Under the pieces are notes generated by a model that had not been told where the DNA came from, made no database searches, and saw only the letters and a program-made list of their open reading frames with translations. DNA of 64,000 bases, taken from Candidatus Woesearchaeota archaeon. GTDB taxonomy: Archaea; Nanobdellota; Nanobdellia; Woesearchaeales; UBA583. The stretch is from positions 1 to 64,000 of the forward strand of contig OZ242164.1 of the NCBI GenBank assembly GCA_965205335.1, in the 5' to 3' direction. Positions 21,939 through 31,965 of this stretch are shown here, one piece after another. The translations under genes and the position numbers were made by a program. How positions within the stretch are numbered: position 1 is the first letter of the stretch; each line of letters begins with the position of its first letter.

Positions 21939-22271
21939 TTAGAAAAGAGCTCCTAAACCTGCCGATGCATCAACAGCAGGAGGAGCTTCTTTTTCCTTCT
22001 TTTCTTTTTTACTGCCAGAATCAGCAGATTTAGAATCACCTGTATCACCACCAGAACTTCCTCCCTGAGGCGAAGTTGTAACAGGCATAACAGCACATGA
22101 TGAGTCTTCAATGATTTTATTAATATCAACTCCATCTAATGCCGCAATTAATGACTTAACCTTTGCTGAATCCACTTCAACACCCACAGCCTTTAAGACT
22201 GCGCCCACATTCTCTTCGCTTACATCCTTTCCTGCTTTGTTTAAAAGCATTACCGCATAAATATATTCCAT
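21939..22271 (-). CDS. rpl12: 50S ribosomal protein P1 (L12p)
   Basis: MEYIYAVMLL N-terminus; GLGALF C-terminus. Confidence 0.96.
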   Translation of the reverse strand: MEYIYAVMLLNKAGKDVSEENVGAVLKAVGVEVDSAKVKSLIAALDGVDINKIIEDSSCAVMPVTTSPQGGSSGGDTGDSKSADSGSKKEKKEKEAPPAVDASAGLGALF

Positions 22272-22286
22272 TTTACTTTACCTCAA

Positions 22287-23303
22287 TTAAAAAAGACCGC
22301 CTAACCCTGCTGCTGCATCAACTTTTGGGGTTGCCTCTTTATCCTCTTTTTTAGACTCTTCATTAGCAGAAGAATTTGAATCCTCTGCTACTGGAACTTG
22401 TGCTGATACTACAACCCCAGCAGGTCTGACACCCTCAGGTAGAGATAACGCAATAGCATTAACCTGAGAAGTTGCCTTAACCAATAAACTATTAATAGTC
22501 TCATCTGATGGCCAAGCAATTCCTATACCGAGACTTAATGAGTCTCTTCTCGCATCACTTAGGAAATAAGCAACATTCTCTTTCGTGTAATAATTTAAGC
22601 CAATTGATAACCTGAAACTCTCATTAGCACAGAATTTAAGATCCTTTAGTATAGCATCAGAATCAACATCTAAAACATTACTCTCATAAATAGTTCCTCT
22701 TTCATAAATTGCCTTAACATTCAAACCAACTTCCATAGGCTCAATCTCAAGCCTTGACAAAATCCCTGCAAGTTCTGATGAAATTTGTTCTCCTTCCTTT
22801 ACAACTAAACTATCTTCCTTAATTTCAATTTTTCCGCCAGAACCAACACCTGCTTTTATCTTAACTGCTCCTAATTCCCCTATAATTGGACCTGGCACAA
22901 AATTTGTAGGCCCTGCTGGAACTACAATATCATTTGGTGCAATTTGATTTGCTTTTGCAGGAGCCTTAGACTTATTCTTCTGAATAATCTTATACAAAGT
23001 AAAAGGATTATCATTTGTAAAGACTAATCCCACAATCCCGCTTGCCTTTGAAACCAGTTCACTAATCCCATTAAACTTTTCCTCAAACTCATTTAACACA
23101 AGTTCAATTAAATTCCTCTTAACAATTAAAATTTGTGCATTCTTTTTAAGCAACATTCTGATTTTTTGAAACTGAGGAGCACGAAGACCTGAAACATCAA
23201 TAACTCCAACAATTGAATACTCATTTAATAACTTCTTTACCCTATCAGAAAACTCCTTATTTCTTGCGCTAATCTTTGGTTTATAGTTTTCCATCAAAGC
23301 CAT
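22287..23303 (-). CDS. rplP0: 50S ribosomal protein uL10 (P0)
   Basis: FTNDNPFTL, APAKANQIAP, GPTNFVPGP, GLGGLF. Confidence 0.96.
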   Translation of the reverse strand: MALMENYKPKISARNKEFSDRVKKLLNEYSIVGVIDVSGLRAPQFQKIRMLLKKNAQILIVKRNLIELVLNEFEEKFNGISELVSKASGIVGLVFTNDNPFTLYKIIQKNKSKAPAKANQIAPNDIVVPAGPTNFVPGPIIGELGAVKIKAGVGSGGKIEIKEDSLVVKEGEQISSELAGILSRLEIEPMEVGLNVKAIYERGTIYESNVLDVDSDAILKDLKFCANESFRLSIGLNYYTKENVAYFLSDARRDSLSLGIGIAWPSDETINSLLVKATSQVNAIALSLPEGVRPAGVVVSAQVPVAEDSNSSANEESKKEDKEATPKVDAAAGLGGLF

Positions 23304-23304
23304 C

Positions 23305-23955
23305 TTACACCTCCACCAACTTACCCATTGTAAGTTTTAAACCCATATTTTTAATATTATTCTTCTCTGCTGGCAAAGTATGAACTAAAGCCTCATAAAC
23401 ATGAACCAAATTTTCAGCAATAACTTCATCCTTCTCATTCTCTGAACCCAAAGACGCCTGAAGCACTAAATTCTTTTTAGTCTGCAAATGAATTGTTCTT
23501 TGTATTTTATCATAAAGTTCTCTTAGAGGAGTCTTAGCACTAATAATCATTCCTAACTTAGGCGATGGCATCTTATTTAAAGGTCCTAAATATTTTCCTA
23601 AGATCTGAGCAAACAACGGCATGTGATTTGCCTGAACTACAAACTTATCGTAACCATGAGTAATTTGCTTAATCTTCTTTACCTCGCTTTTCAAATTTGT
23701 TAATTCCTCATTATAAATAACATTATCAAAAATCCCCTCAGTACCGCTGATTGAATGATCAATAATAGCACAAACCTTTAGTTTTTTGGGTTTGATTTGA
23801 TTAGAAATAGTAACTCCCACATCAACCTTATGCTCAGGTTTCTTCAAATCCATATTCTGAAGATTTACAATCAAATCAAAAGTCTGCAAGAAATTCCTCT
23901 TCTTTGAAGATTCTCTCACTTCTCTAATTTTTTCGGTAACCTCTTTTGTATTCAT
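23305..23955 (-). CDS. rpl1: 50S ribosomal protein uL1
   Basis: KRNFLQTFDLIVNL, LGPLNKMPSP, KLTMG; GGAGGT RBS upstream. Confidence 0.95.
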   Translation of the reverse strand: MNTKEVTEKIREVRESSKKRNFLQTFDLIVNLQNMDLKKPEHKVDVGVTISNQIKPKKLKVCAIIDHSISGTEGIFDNVIYNEELTNLKSEVKKIKQITHGYDKFVVQANHMPLFAQILGKYLGPLNKMPSPKLGMIISAKTPLRELYDKIQRTIHLQTKKNLVLQASLGSENEKDEVIAENLVHVYEALVHTLPAEKNNIKNMGLKLTMGKLVEV

Positions 23956-24046
23956 TTCTACCTCCTATAACACATAAATGAAATAGTATTTAGTGGTGTA
24001 ATATATGAAAGAAAGAATAATTTCTTTATAAATATTGTTGTTAATA

Positions 24047-24174
24047 GGTTCTGTCCGGAAATTGCTTTTTCCAAAATCTATGCTAACTATATTCAATCAA
24101 AGAAAAAAATTATTCGTCAAAAGTTGCTTTATTGATACAATATTTTAAGTTCTCTTGAATTTCCGGACAGAGCC
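24047..24174. mobile_element. 128-bp MITE family 1 with 8-bp TSD TGTTAATA, followed directly by another IS6-type end (GGTACTGTTAAG, 24183)
   Basis: GGTTCTGTCCGGAAATT...AATTTCCGGACAGAGCC; TGTTAATA at 24039-24046 and 24175-24182. Confidence 0.9.
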
Positions 24175-24571
24175 TGTTAATAGGTACTGTTAAGAATTTG
24201 GGTGTTATTTCTATTTTATTAATCATTGGGTGCTAATCTTTTAATTTTCTATCTTTAAAGAAATTTACCTAATACAATGCTGTTTAAAAAACAAGTCAAA
24301 AGACCTTGATAAAGAAAGACTTAAAAAATATTTTACTCTTAAATGTTGAAAGAATTTAAGTATTTTATCAAAGAAGCGGTGAGAGTAAGAATTTAACAAA
24401 TTGAAAGTATAAAGGAGAGAACTAGGACCTAAAAGACATCTAATAATCACAATAGGATGTAAAAGAAAAATAAATATTTTTTTCAAATTAGAATTTTTAA
24501 GAAACAAATTATATACTAATTCGGATGAAGAAACCTTTTTAAGATGGAGGAAGTTAAAAGATAGTTGGTAA

Positions 24572-25075
24572 TTATAAAGATAACAATGATAAAACAATTA
24601 AAATAATTAATATTAAATCACAAATCACACCATAACATAACAATCTTTGCGAGAAACTATAATTTGTATCTTTTCTCACATTCTCTTCCTTTTGTTCTGC
24701 TTTTAACTCAGAATCATCTTTTTGAATTCTATCAACAAAAACATTCTCTTTACCAAATCTTTTTGTTAAAAGGTAATAAAAAACAGCTTTGAATTCTCTT
24801 TTCTTTGAACCCTTAAACTTGTTTTTTACCTCTGTAATTTTTTCATCTAATACTTGTTCTGGTGTAAACGCAATTCCTAATTTACCTTTTACAAAGTTAT
24901 CTTTACACTTCTCAATTTCCTTGAGACTCCTTAATGAGATTGTTTCAGCATTTTCCCTATAAATATTTGGACCTAGATAGTTAGTAGTTGCTTCAAGCAA
25001 CTCATCATCCACATTATTCTGGATATTTAATAACACATTTTTATATGTTTCTAGTTTTTTTTGTTTTTTGCTCAT
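24572..25075 (-). CDS. DUF2853 family protein with C-terminal TM
   Basis: LGPNIY...NFVKGKLG...AVFYYLL pattern. Confidence 0.7.
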   Translation of the reverse strand: MSKKQKKLETYKNVLLNIQNNVDDELLEATTNYLGPNIYRENAETISLRSLKEIEKCKDNFVKGKLGIAFTPEQVLDEKITEVKNKFKGSKKREFKAVFYYLLTKRFGKENVFVDRIQKDDSELKAEQKEENVRKDTNYSFSQRLLCYGVICDLILIILIVLSLLSL

Positions 25076-25284
25076 AATAATAGTATAGAATATTCCTTTA
25101 TATATAAACTTTACTGTTGAGTAACAAAATTAATAATATAAAATAATTATAATTAATAATAATATTTAATTAATATTTTCAAATAAAAGATTTTTAGTTT
25201 TGGTAATAATTTTTAATTCTCGCAAGAAAATATGAAGCTGATGCAATAATTACAAGGGATGCAGAATTTAGAAAATATGAAGAT

Positions 25285-25890
25285 TTAATTAAGGTTAAAC
25301 TCCCTGAACAAATCTTCTGAATTTTCATTTAAACTTTCATCTAATAATACTTTATCACTTTTAGTATTCTTTAAATTATCTCCAGAACCCTGAAGTTCTT
25401 TTAATTTAGAATCTGGATATTTATTAAATATTTCAGATATCTCCTCTAAAATTGAAAAATTATTTAATAGATTTTCTTTTTGTTTTTTAATTTCAGGTTC
25501 AAAACATTTATTTAGGATCTCCTCCTCATACATCCTTCTCAAATCATTCTTATAATAATTCATTGCAACCAATTTCCACACTTCTTTAAACGTTTCGATT
25601 ATTTCTTCTTTTGCTTCTAAAACTAAATCATTTGAAGTATTCTTTAATTCATACATTAAGCCTAGAAATTCATTTAAATATTGAATTGTGTTTACATCTA
25701 TCTTATCTCCAAATAAGAAAGAAATTAGTTTCTTAACATTACCTATTAATTCTTTGCTAATAAAAGAGTTGCTATAATAGAAATTATCTAATATCTCTTC
25801 TTTCATTAAATAGGATTTTTCATCAAATCTTATTTTTATTTCTTTTGATAGAAAATTATAAACATTAGGATGTACTCTAACCTTCCACAT
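25285..25890 (-). pseudogene. chimeric ORF: RelE-like N-terminal ~22 aa fused to a copy of the C-terminal half of 52744..53859
   Basis: MWKVRVHPNVYNFLSK resembles the 30378/42743 toxins; the remainder is near-identical to 52744..53283. Confidence 0.75.
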
Positions 25891-25896
25891 TTTTAT

Positions 25897-26094
25897 TTAA
25901 GAGTTAAGAAAGTTATCTCTAATATCATCATATGGCACACATTCAGATTCAAGTTTTTCTGCTTCTTCCCATAAAGCTTTAATTTCTTCTTTTGAATATT
26001 CAGAGTTATAATGCTCTTCTTTCACTTTATGTGCTATTTCATTTTGTATTTCACAACCCCCCAAAAATAATAATCTAATTACTCCAAATCTCAA
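25897..26094 (-). CDS. small antitoxin-like protein, family A (YSKE.I..LW), 5' end probably disrupted
   Basis: Similar to 30743..30907 and 42622..42741; directly upstream of the RelE-like start. Confidence 0.6.
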   Translation of the reverse strand: MRFGVIRLLFLGGCEIQNEIAHKVKEEHYNSEYSKEEIKALWEEAEKLESECVPYDDIRDNFLNS

Positions 26095-26158
26095 AAATAA
26101 TTAGTTTTATAATCAATAGTCCACAAAGTTTATATATAATGTGGACTATAATATATTT

Positions 26159-27160
26159 ATGGTATATCTTGAAAAACAGAAAAAAGAAAGAAGAATATAC
26201 TATTACCTTGTCAAGACAGTCAGATTTTCAGGGAATAAATTTAAGAAAATTAGACAGCCAATAGGTTCTTCTTCAAGAGAATACACTAAAAAAGAAGAAA
26301 AAGAACTTATCAAAAAACACAGACCTGCATTTACAGAACTAATACACAAAACCCTTCCCCAAAACCTCACGGACTTTAAACATGAAATCTTCTGGGATAA
26401 AACCAGATTGTACTCAAAAGAAGACATAAAAGACTTTCAGGAACTAAAAAGAATCTTCAGAAAATGGAAAAAAAACACAAATTTGGACATCCAGTCTAAA
26501 ATTGATGAACAATTCCTAATTCAACATATATATGACACCAACAGGGTAGAAGGGAACACATTCACACTAAAAGAGACTGAATTACTCTTAACGAAAGGAG
26601 TAATTGATAGCATCCACAAAAAAAGAGAAATATATGAAATTGAAAACACAGCAAAAGCATTCAATTTCATCAAAGAATACAAAGGAGAACTTGATATTAG
26701 GTTTATCAGAACCATTCATGATTTCATAACAAAAAACACTCTCTTAGACTCAACAAATGAAGGAAGAATCAGAAGAAAAGGAGAAGAAGTAAAAATGATG
26801 GGAAATCCTTTTATTTGCCCTTCAGGAGGAGAACCTACAAGAAGATTACTAAAAGAAACAATTAACAGATTCAAGGAAAATTATGAAAAAACTCCCTTTG
26901 ATTCAATAATTAGATTTTACTCAGCATTTATTGCAATTCATCCTTTTGTTGATGGAAACGGAAGAACTTCCAGAATGATATTAAACTGGCTTATTATAAA
27001 AGAAGGTCTACCACCAATAAATTTTAACTCAGAAGATCATAAAAGACATTGTGAATTATTAAATAACTTCTCATCTAACAGAGATAAAAAAGGACTTAGT
27101 GATTATATTTATGATAGGATTATGGAAAGAAGGAATGAATTAGTCCACAATAAATTTTAA
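26159..27160 (+). CDS. Fic family protein
   Basis: HPFVDGNGRTSR; TNRVEGN inhibitory motif; N-terminal YYYLVKTVR beta domain. Confidence 0.93.
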   Translation: MVYLEKQKKERRIYYYLVKTVRFSGNKFKKIRQPIGSSSREYTKKEEKELIKKHRPAFTELIHKTLPQNLTDFKHEIFWDKTRLYSKEDIKDFQELKRIFRKWKKNTNLDIQSKIDEQFLIQHIYDTNRVEGNTFTLKETELLLTKGVIDSIHKKREIYEIENTAKAFNFIKEYKGELDIRFIRTIHDFITKNTLLDSTNEGRIRRKGEEVKMMGNPFICPSGGEPTRRLLKETINRFKENYEKTPFDSIIRFYSAFIAIHPFVDGNGRTSRMILNWLIIKEGLPPINFNSEDHKRHCELLNNFSSNRDKKGLSDYIYDRIMERRNELVHNKF

Positions 27161-27649
27161 ATTATGTGGACAACAAAACTCTGTAATTTCTTCAACAATT
27201 TTAGCAATATTTTTTGTATCTGATTTTTTTATTTTCACTCTTTAATATCCTTTCTAATTCCTTATCTAATATCCTTTCTTGTTCTTTAGTTAATTTAGTT
27301 TTATTCAGAGTTTTTAAACATTGTTCTGCCATACACTCCCCAACTTGTTCTGCATTCACATTAAGTTCTTTTACTATCTCTTCTGTTGATTTGTATTCTT
27401 TAATTAATTTAATGATTTATCTCTTTGTTTCTTTTTTCATTTTACTTCCTTTATGTACTAATTTATTTCCATTTTTCTTTTCTTTTTATTTATTTTATTA
27501 ATCTTTAAGTTTATAAGTTTTATGATAAAAATTCAGTGTTTCTTTTCTCTTATCATCCTTATCTATTAATTTACAATGGGAATGCATATAAATGATATTG
27601 AAAATAGATACTCAGGGTTGCATAACACTTTGAAGTGAAATACTCAAAC

Positions 27650-28378
27650 TTAATTAATATGTTCTGGATATAATTCTTTACCCCATTCTTGAATATTTTT
27701 GAACTTCAACCTTCTATTATGAAATAGTTTCTTATACTCCTGTATCAGATATTCAACTGAATCCTTATTATTAATTTTTACTATGCTCTCAAAACTATTC
27801 ACAATACCAGAATAAGTAAAATTAACCGAACCAAGATAAGCCATATTATTATCAATTATATAAACCTTAGAATGAACTAAAAAATCATTCTTTTGTTCTT
27901 CACCACAATATTGAGAAAATAAAACTTTCAAATCAAAAATAGGATAGTATGAATACGAATAAATTCTTTTATTCAAGTACAAGTAACCTATTACTGCCGT
28001 AATTAATATAATCAAGAAAAAAAGGAAGAAAATCTTAGAATATACAAATAATCCAAAAAAGAGTAATAAAATTGAAAAGCCAATTCCTCCAAATAAATAA
28101 TGTAAAAGAGTTTTCCTTTCTTGCAAAGCATTTTCATTCATATGAACTTTCTGTTTAATAATATCAGTAAGAGTAAAGTCTGAATAGTTATCCATCTCTA
28201 CTGTGTCAACTGTGATTAGACTAACATCTATTCCTTTTTCTTTAACTTCAATTAATTGTTCAACATATGTAGCTGATAAATAAGGGGAGATAATATGGAC
28301 TGACTTCTTAGCATTATGTATATCCTCAATTAATTCCTTCCCAGCATTTCTTCCTATATAAACTTCTTTTTTATTCAT
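27650..28378 (-). CDS. phospholipase D-family (single HKD) protein with two inserted TM helices
   Basis: HNAKKSVHIISPY, HSKVYIID...GSVNFT. Confidence 0.85.
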   Translation of the reverse strand: MNKKEVYIGRNAGKELIEDIHNAKKSVHIISPYLSATYVEQLIEVKEKGIDVSLITVDTVEMDNYSDFTLTDIIKQKVHMNENALQERKTLLHYLFGGIGFSILLLFFGLFVYSKIFFLFFLIILITAVIGYLYLNKRIYSYSYYPIFDLKVLFSQYCGEEQKNDFLVHSKVYIIDNNMAYLGSVNFTYSGIVNSFESIVKINNKDSVEYLIQEYKKLFHNRRLKFKNIQEWGKELYPEHIN

Positions 28379-28450
28379 ATTACATTCAAAATTTCAATAT
28401 TTATTTAAATCTATCTTCAGTTATTTTATTTGTGTTCTTTATCTATTACT

Positions 28451-28741
28451 TCAATATTTAAATGTTTTCTCATATGATTTGTGATCCATCCATTCTAAAA
28501 TTATAGAAACTACTAATATCTCTCCGTTTTCTACACTGTAAAGTAATCTCCAAGCATTAGGTAAGTGGTATTTCCATAGATTATGGATTTCATATTTTCG
28601 TTTGTATTCTCTTGGAATTAGTCTTTTTGGGATTTGGATGCCACAAAAAGCATTTTCTTCTATGTCTTTAAATGCTCTAATTAACTATTCATAAATCTTT
28701 TTTTCGTCAGTATTAGAATTTTCTAACTCTTCGTTTTTCAT
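28451..28741 (-). pseudogene. RelE-like toxin remnant (5'-truncated, in-frame stop)
   Basis: GIQIPKRLIP...NLWKYHLPNAWRLLYS...EWMDHKSYE; TAG near 28685; partial copy at ~38800-38945. Confidence 0.7.
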
Positions 28742-28900
28742 TTGCGAATCTAATTTTTGATTATTCCAAAATAGATGTTTATTTTTAATATGCTTGTCTG
28801 TGTTTTCTGGGTAATCAATCCATCCTATTTTATTTTCGGAATCAATAGTCTAATATTACACAAAGGGTTTGATACATCATTTTTTAGGTTTCTTTTTTAG

Positions 28901-29251
28901 TTATTTCTTCTTCTTTTTCTTGTTAATATATTTTTGTTGTTTTCCTCCCTTTCCTGTTTTATGAGATTGAACATCATCAACTATGATTTTTCCTTTATAT
29001 TTTATATTATCGATAATAATCAAACCACCAATCACTTTAAAATAAATTCTTATTTCGTTATGTTTCAATTCACAAAATAAACCATCACCTGTTTTATTTT
29101 TTCCTAAAATTTTAGTGTTGTTATTAAATGGGTGTTTAGATAAATCTATTATTTTTCTTGTAATAATTCTTTGTGTTTTTTTATCCAATCCTTTAAGAAA
29201 AATTTTTACTTTATCATTAATATCTAAGTAATAAATTCTTTGTTCTACCAC
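28901..29251 (-). CDS. RelE/ParE-like toxin
   Basis: FLKGLDK...CELK..IRIYF; C-terminal HKTG..QQ motif; small upstream partner. Confidence 0.75.
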   Translation of the reverse strand: MVEQRIYYLDINDKVKIFLKGLDKKTQRIITRKIIDLSKHPFNNNTKILGKNKTGDGLFCELKHNEIRIYFKVIGGLIIIDNIKYKGKIIVDDVQSHKTGKGGKQQKYINKKKKKK

Positions 29252-29253
29252 TT

Positions 29254-29370
29254 TTACATTTTATCTAATTTTTTAATGACTTCATCTACAGTTGGTAGTT
29301 TTGTTCCAGATATAAGGTTATGATATTTTTTCCCTCTACCATCAAATATTTTCTTTAATTTTGCATCCAT
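29254..29370 (-). CDS. 38-aa putative antitoxin, family B (MDAKLKKIFDGRGKKYHNLISGTKLPTVDEVIKKLDKM)
   Basis: Manually translated; 2 bp upstream of the toxin; paralogue at 39833..39946. Confidence 0.65.
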   Translation of the reverse strand: MDAKLKKIFDGRGKKYHNLISGTKLPTVDEVIKKLDKM

Positions 29371-29472
29371 ATATTATTTAAAGATTTAATATATTTAAAA
29401 GTTTAACTACATTTTGCTAAAAATATTTAATCAAACATTAAAAAATTAATATTTTTCTGTTAATCAGAAATT

Positions 29473-30226
29473 GCTTGTCTGTGTTTTCTGGGTAATGAAT
29501 CCATCCTATTTTATTTTCGGAATCAATAGTCTAATATTACACAAAAGGTTTGATACATCATTTTTTTAGGGAGATTTTCCCATAAGGCTCTTTTCTTAAA
29601 TTCTCCCTCATATTTTTTTATGAATTTTTCAACCATAAGAACAGTGTTTTAATGGATCTCTCAATTAAACCTAATTGATAAAATATTTTAATAATTGTTT
29701 GAGTTTCCTTTCTATCTAATTTGAAAACTTGACTTAAATCTTTTCTTGTGATGTATCATTTCAATTTTTCTCTCTGCCATAAATTATTTATTTGTCTCAC
29801 TTTTCTTATTATATTAGTTTTTGAGACTTAATAATCTTTTCTTTATTTAATATGTGATGTTAGCCCTGTAAGACTATCAGTTATAACTCCTGATTTAAGA
29901 TTGCATTCTTGATCAAACTCACCTTTTATAATAAATAAATCTCTTCTTGGGAAGTCTTGAATTAATATTACTTTTTTAAGCTCATCGTTCTTATCATATT
30001 CTACATTTTTGATGATGTTAGTTTGATTCTTGCATATTATTTTTTTGGTTATTGTTTTTTCTGTTTGTGTCTCTCTCTTACCCTCTTGGTAATCTAAATA
30101 AAAACACCCTAACAAAAGGATCACAACCATTAATAATATTATTTGGTATCTGATTTTTGTTTTTTTCCACGTTCTAAACTCTTCTATCTCCCTTTCCATT
30201 ATACTTTATACCTCTTTGATTTAAAT
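29473..30226. repeat. ~750-bp dispersed repeat block, copy 1 of 3
   Basis: Near-identical to ~38998-39733 and ~57326-58020. Confidence 0.9.
29843..30199 (-). CDS. membrane-anchored hypothetical protein (triplicated; this copy 5 aa shorter)
   Basis: Near-identical to 39340..39711 and 57631..58002; N-terminal TM. Confidence 0.7.
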   Translation of the reverse strand: MEREIEEFRTWKKTKIRYQIILLMVVILLLGCFYLDYQEGKRETQTEKTITKKIICKNQTNIIKNVEYDKNDELKKVILIQDFPRRDLFIIKGEFDQECNLKSGVITDSLTGLTSHIK

Positions 30227-30377
30227 CTTTCCTTTTTCTCTTTTTTTTACATTGGATAATTTTTCATAACCTTCCTTCAATTGTGTTAAGAGTTCTTTGT
30301 TTTTATCCATATATACTAAAGCTTTATATATTTAAAACTTTAACTCAAACCTGTGCGACCCGACCAGCACACTTTTT

Positions 30378-30740
30378 TCAGATTAAATCATTATCAAAAT
30401 CTTTCTTTATTTTATTAATGAACTTTCGTTGATTTGGATAATTCTTGTTACCTGCTTTATGATTATCTCCACCATAAAAAACATCAACATAACCATCATA
30501 TGTATAATCTAAAACTTCTACTTTATTACTTTTCACAGTGTAATAGAATCTTAATTTATTAATTTTAATTTCACATAAGCTCTTTCCTTTTCTTCTTCTA
30601 ATTGTACGTAATTTTTTTGAATGTTCAGGTGGAATGGGATTAATTTTTAAAATTTCTATTATTTTATCAAACTTTTTGGCTTCGGTATTTCTTTTAGATA
30701 GCAAATTATAAACATTCTGTCTAACTTCAACTATCCACAT
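30378..30740 (-). CDS. RelE/ParE-like toxin
   Basis: LKINPIP...LCEIKINKLRFYY; HKAG motif. Confidence 0.75.
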   Translation of the reverse strand: MWIVEVRQNVYNLLSKRNTEAKKFDKIIEILKINPIPPEHSKKLRTIRRRKGKSLCEIKINKLRFYYTVKSNKVEVLDYTYDGYVDVFYGGDNHKAGNKNYPNQRKFINKIKKDFDNDLI

Positions 30741-30742
30741 TT

Positions 30743-30907
30743 TTATTTAGAATTATTTAAAATTTTTTCTCTAACGTCATCCCATTTATAAGATTTTTCT
30801 GTTGTATTTTCAGATAAATCCCATAATTTATCAATAAACTCTTTAGAATAATCAGGATTATCATAATCCATTTCTTCTTTATGTTTAATTTGATTCTGAT
30901 TTTTCAT
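30743..30907 (-). CDS. 54-aa putative antitoxin, family A
   Basis: Manually translated MKNQNQ...DYSKEFIDKLWDLSE...WDDVREKIL. Confidence 0.65.
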   Translation of the reverse strand: MKNQNQIKHKEEMDYDNPDYSKEFIDKLWDLSENTTEKSYKWDDVREKILNNSK

Positions 30908-31111
30908 AATATATACATACATGTTTATTAATTTATAAAACTATCTTTGAAATGAATTGTCGACTTAAAGGGGTTTATTTTCGGAATCAATAGTCTAATA
31001 TTACACAAAAGGTTTGATACATCATTTTTTTAGGGAGATTTTTTAATTCTTGAATTTTGTTATTTTTCTTGACCATAAACATTAAAAATAATTCATCACT
31101 TGAAAAGATAT

Positions 31112-31681
31112 ATGGATAAAATCAATTGTTATTTTGATTTTGAAACTGATAATGCAATTCCAACGATTGCTAAGCCAATAGAAGTTGCTTTTATATTTGA
31201 TGGTTTTAAAACTATACACTCAAAAATAAAAATAGATTATAGAATTGAAGATTCTAAATATAATCAGATAAGTGCGTTGAATTATAATGAAATTAAATCT
31301 AATGATGATATTAGAAAGCATAATTCAGATAATGCAATTTCCATAAATCAACTAAAAGAAATGCTTAAAGAATGTGCCGATTTGGATAAGATTGAATTCA
31401 TTGGCTGGAATAATACTAGTTTTGATAATATAATATTTGATAGATTGTTTAGCAATATTTTCCATAAACCAATAGTATTTTCTGATTGCAAAAAATTATT
31501 TTTAGAATTAAAGAAGAAAAATTGTTTCCTATATGAGAATAAATTAAATCTAGAATCAGTATATATGCATTTCATTGATGGAGATATATCAGAAGAATTT
31601 TTCCATAAAGCATTAAATGACGCAAAAGCAATTAAAAAAGTTTGGGAGTTTCTAAATCAATTTGGGAGAGTACATGTTTAA
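31112..31681 (+). CDS. DEDDh 3'-5' exonuclease (DnaQ-like)
   Basis: FDFETD, GWNNTSFD, HKALNDA. Confidence 0.85.
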   Translation: MDKINCYFDFETDNAIPTIAKPIEVAFIFDGFKTIHSKIKIDYRIEDSKYNQISALNYNEIKSNDDIRKHNSDNAISINQLKEMLKECADLDKIEFIGWNNTSFDNIIFDRLFSNIFHKPIVFSDCKKLFLELKKKNCFLYENKLNLESVYMHFIDGDISEEFFHKALNDAKAIKKVWEFLNQFGRVHV

Positions 31682-31740
31682 ATTATCAGTAAAAGTGAAA
31701 AATATATGGAAATAAATAAAGATGATGTTATAAAAATTGA

Positions 31741-31787
31741 ATATAATTAGCATAGATTTTGGAAAAAACAATTTCTGGACAGAGCCC
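31741..31787 (-). mobile_element. partial MITE family 1 (inverted left end)
   Basis: Reverse complement of GGGCTCTGTCCAGAAATTGTTTTTTCCAAAATCTATGCTAA. Confidence 0.75.
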
Positions 31788-31830
31788 AAAAACCAGCAGT
31801 TTTATAAATAAATATTTATATAATATAAGT

Positions 31831-31965
31831 ATGGGAGAAATGATTACTATTACTAAGAATGAATATGAAGAGTACTTAGAACTTAAAAAGGAGAGAGACG
31901 AGGCAATTAAACATATTGATGAGAGCCTTCAAGCTTTAAAAGAAGGCAAAGTTTATGATTTGTAA
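31831..31965 (+). CDS. 44-aa putative antitoxin, family C (ITITKNEYEE...SLQALKEGKV)
   Basis: Typical small archaeal antitoxin pattern; convergent with and overlapping a RelE-like gene. Confidence 0.65.
   Translation: MGEMITITKNEYEEYLELKKERDEAIKHIDESLQALKEGKVYDL

Noticed and set aside
24265-24597. 110-aa minus-strand ORF, and 27214..27501, 17531..17782 and 55360..55677
   Set aside because: F/L-rich composition typical of AT-rich non-coding DNA or antisense shadows; no motifs
30351-30378. GC-rich short hairpin GTGCGACCCGACCAGCAC followed by a T run, as a terminator or ncRNA
   Set aside because: The stem is only 4-5 bp and single copy; insufficient support
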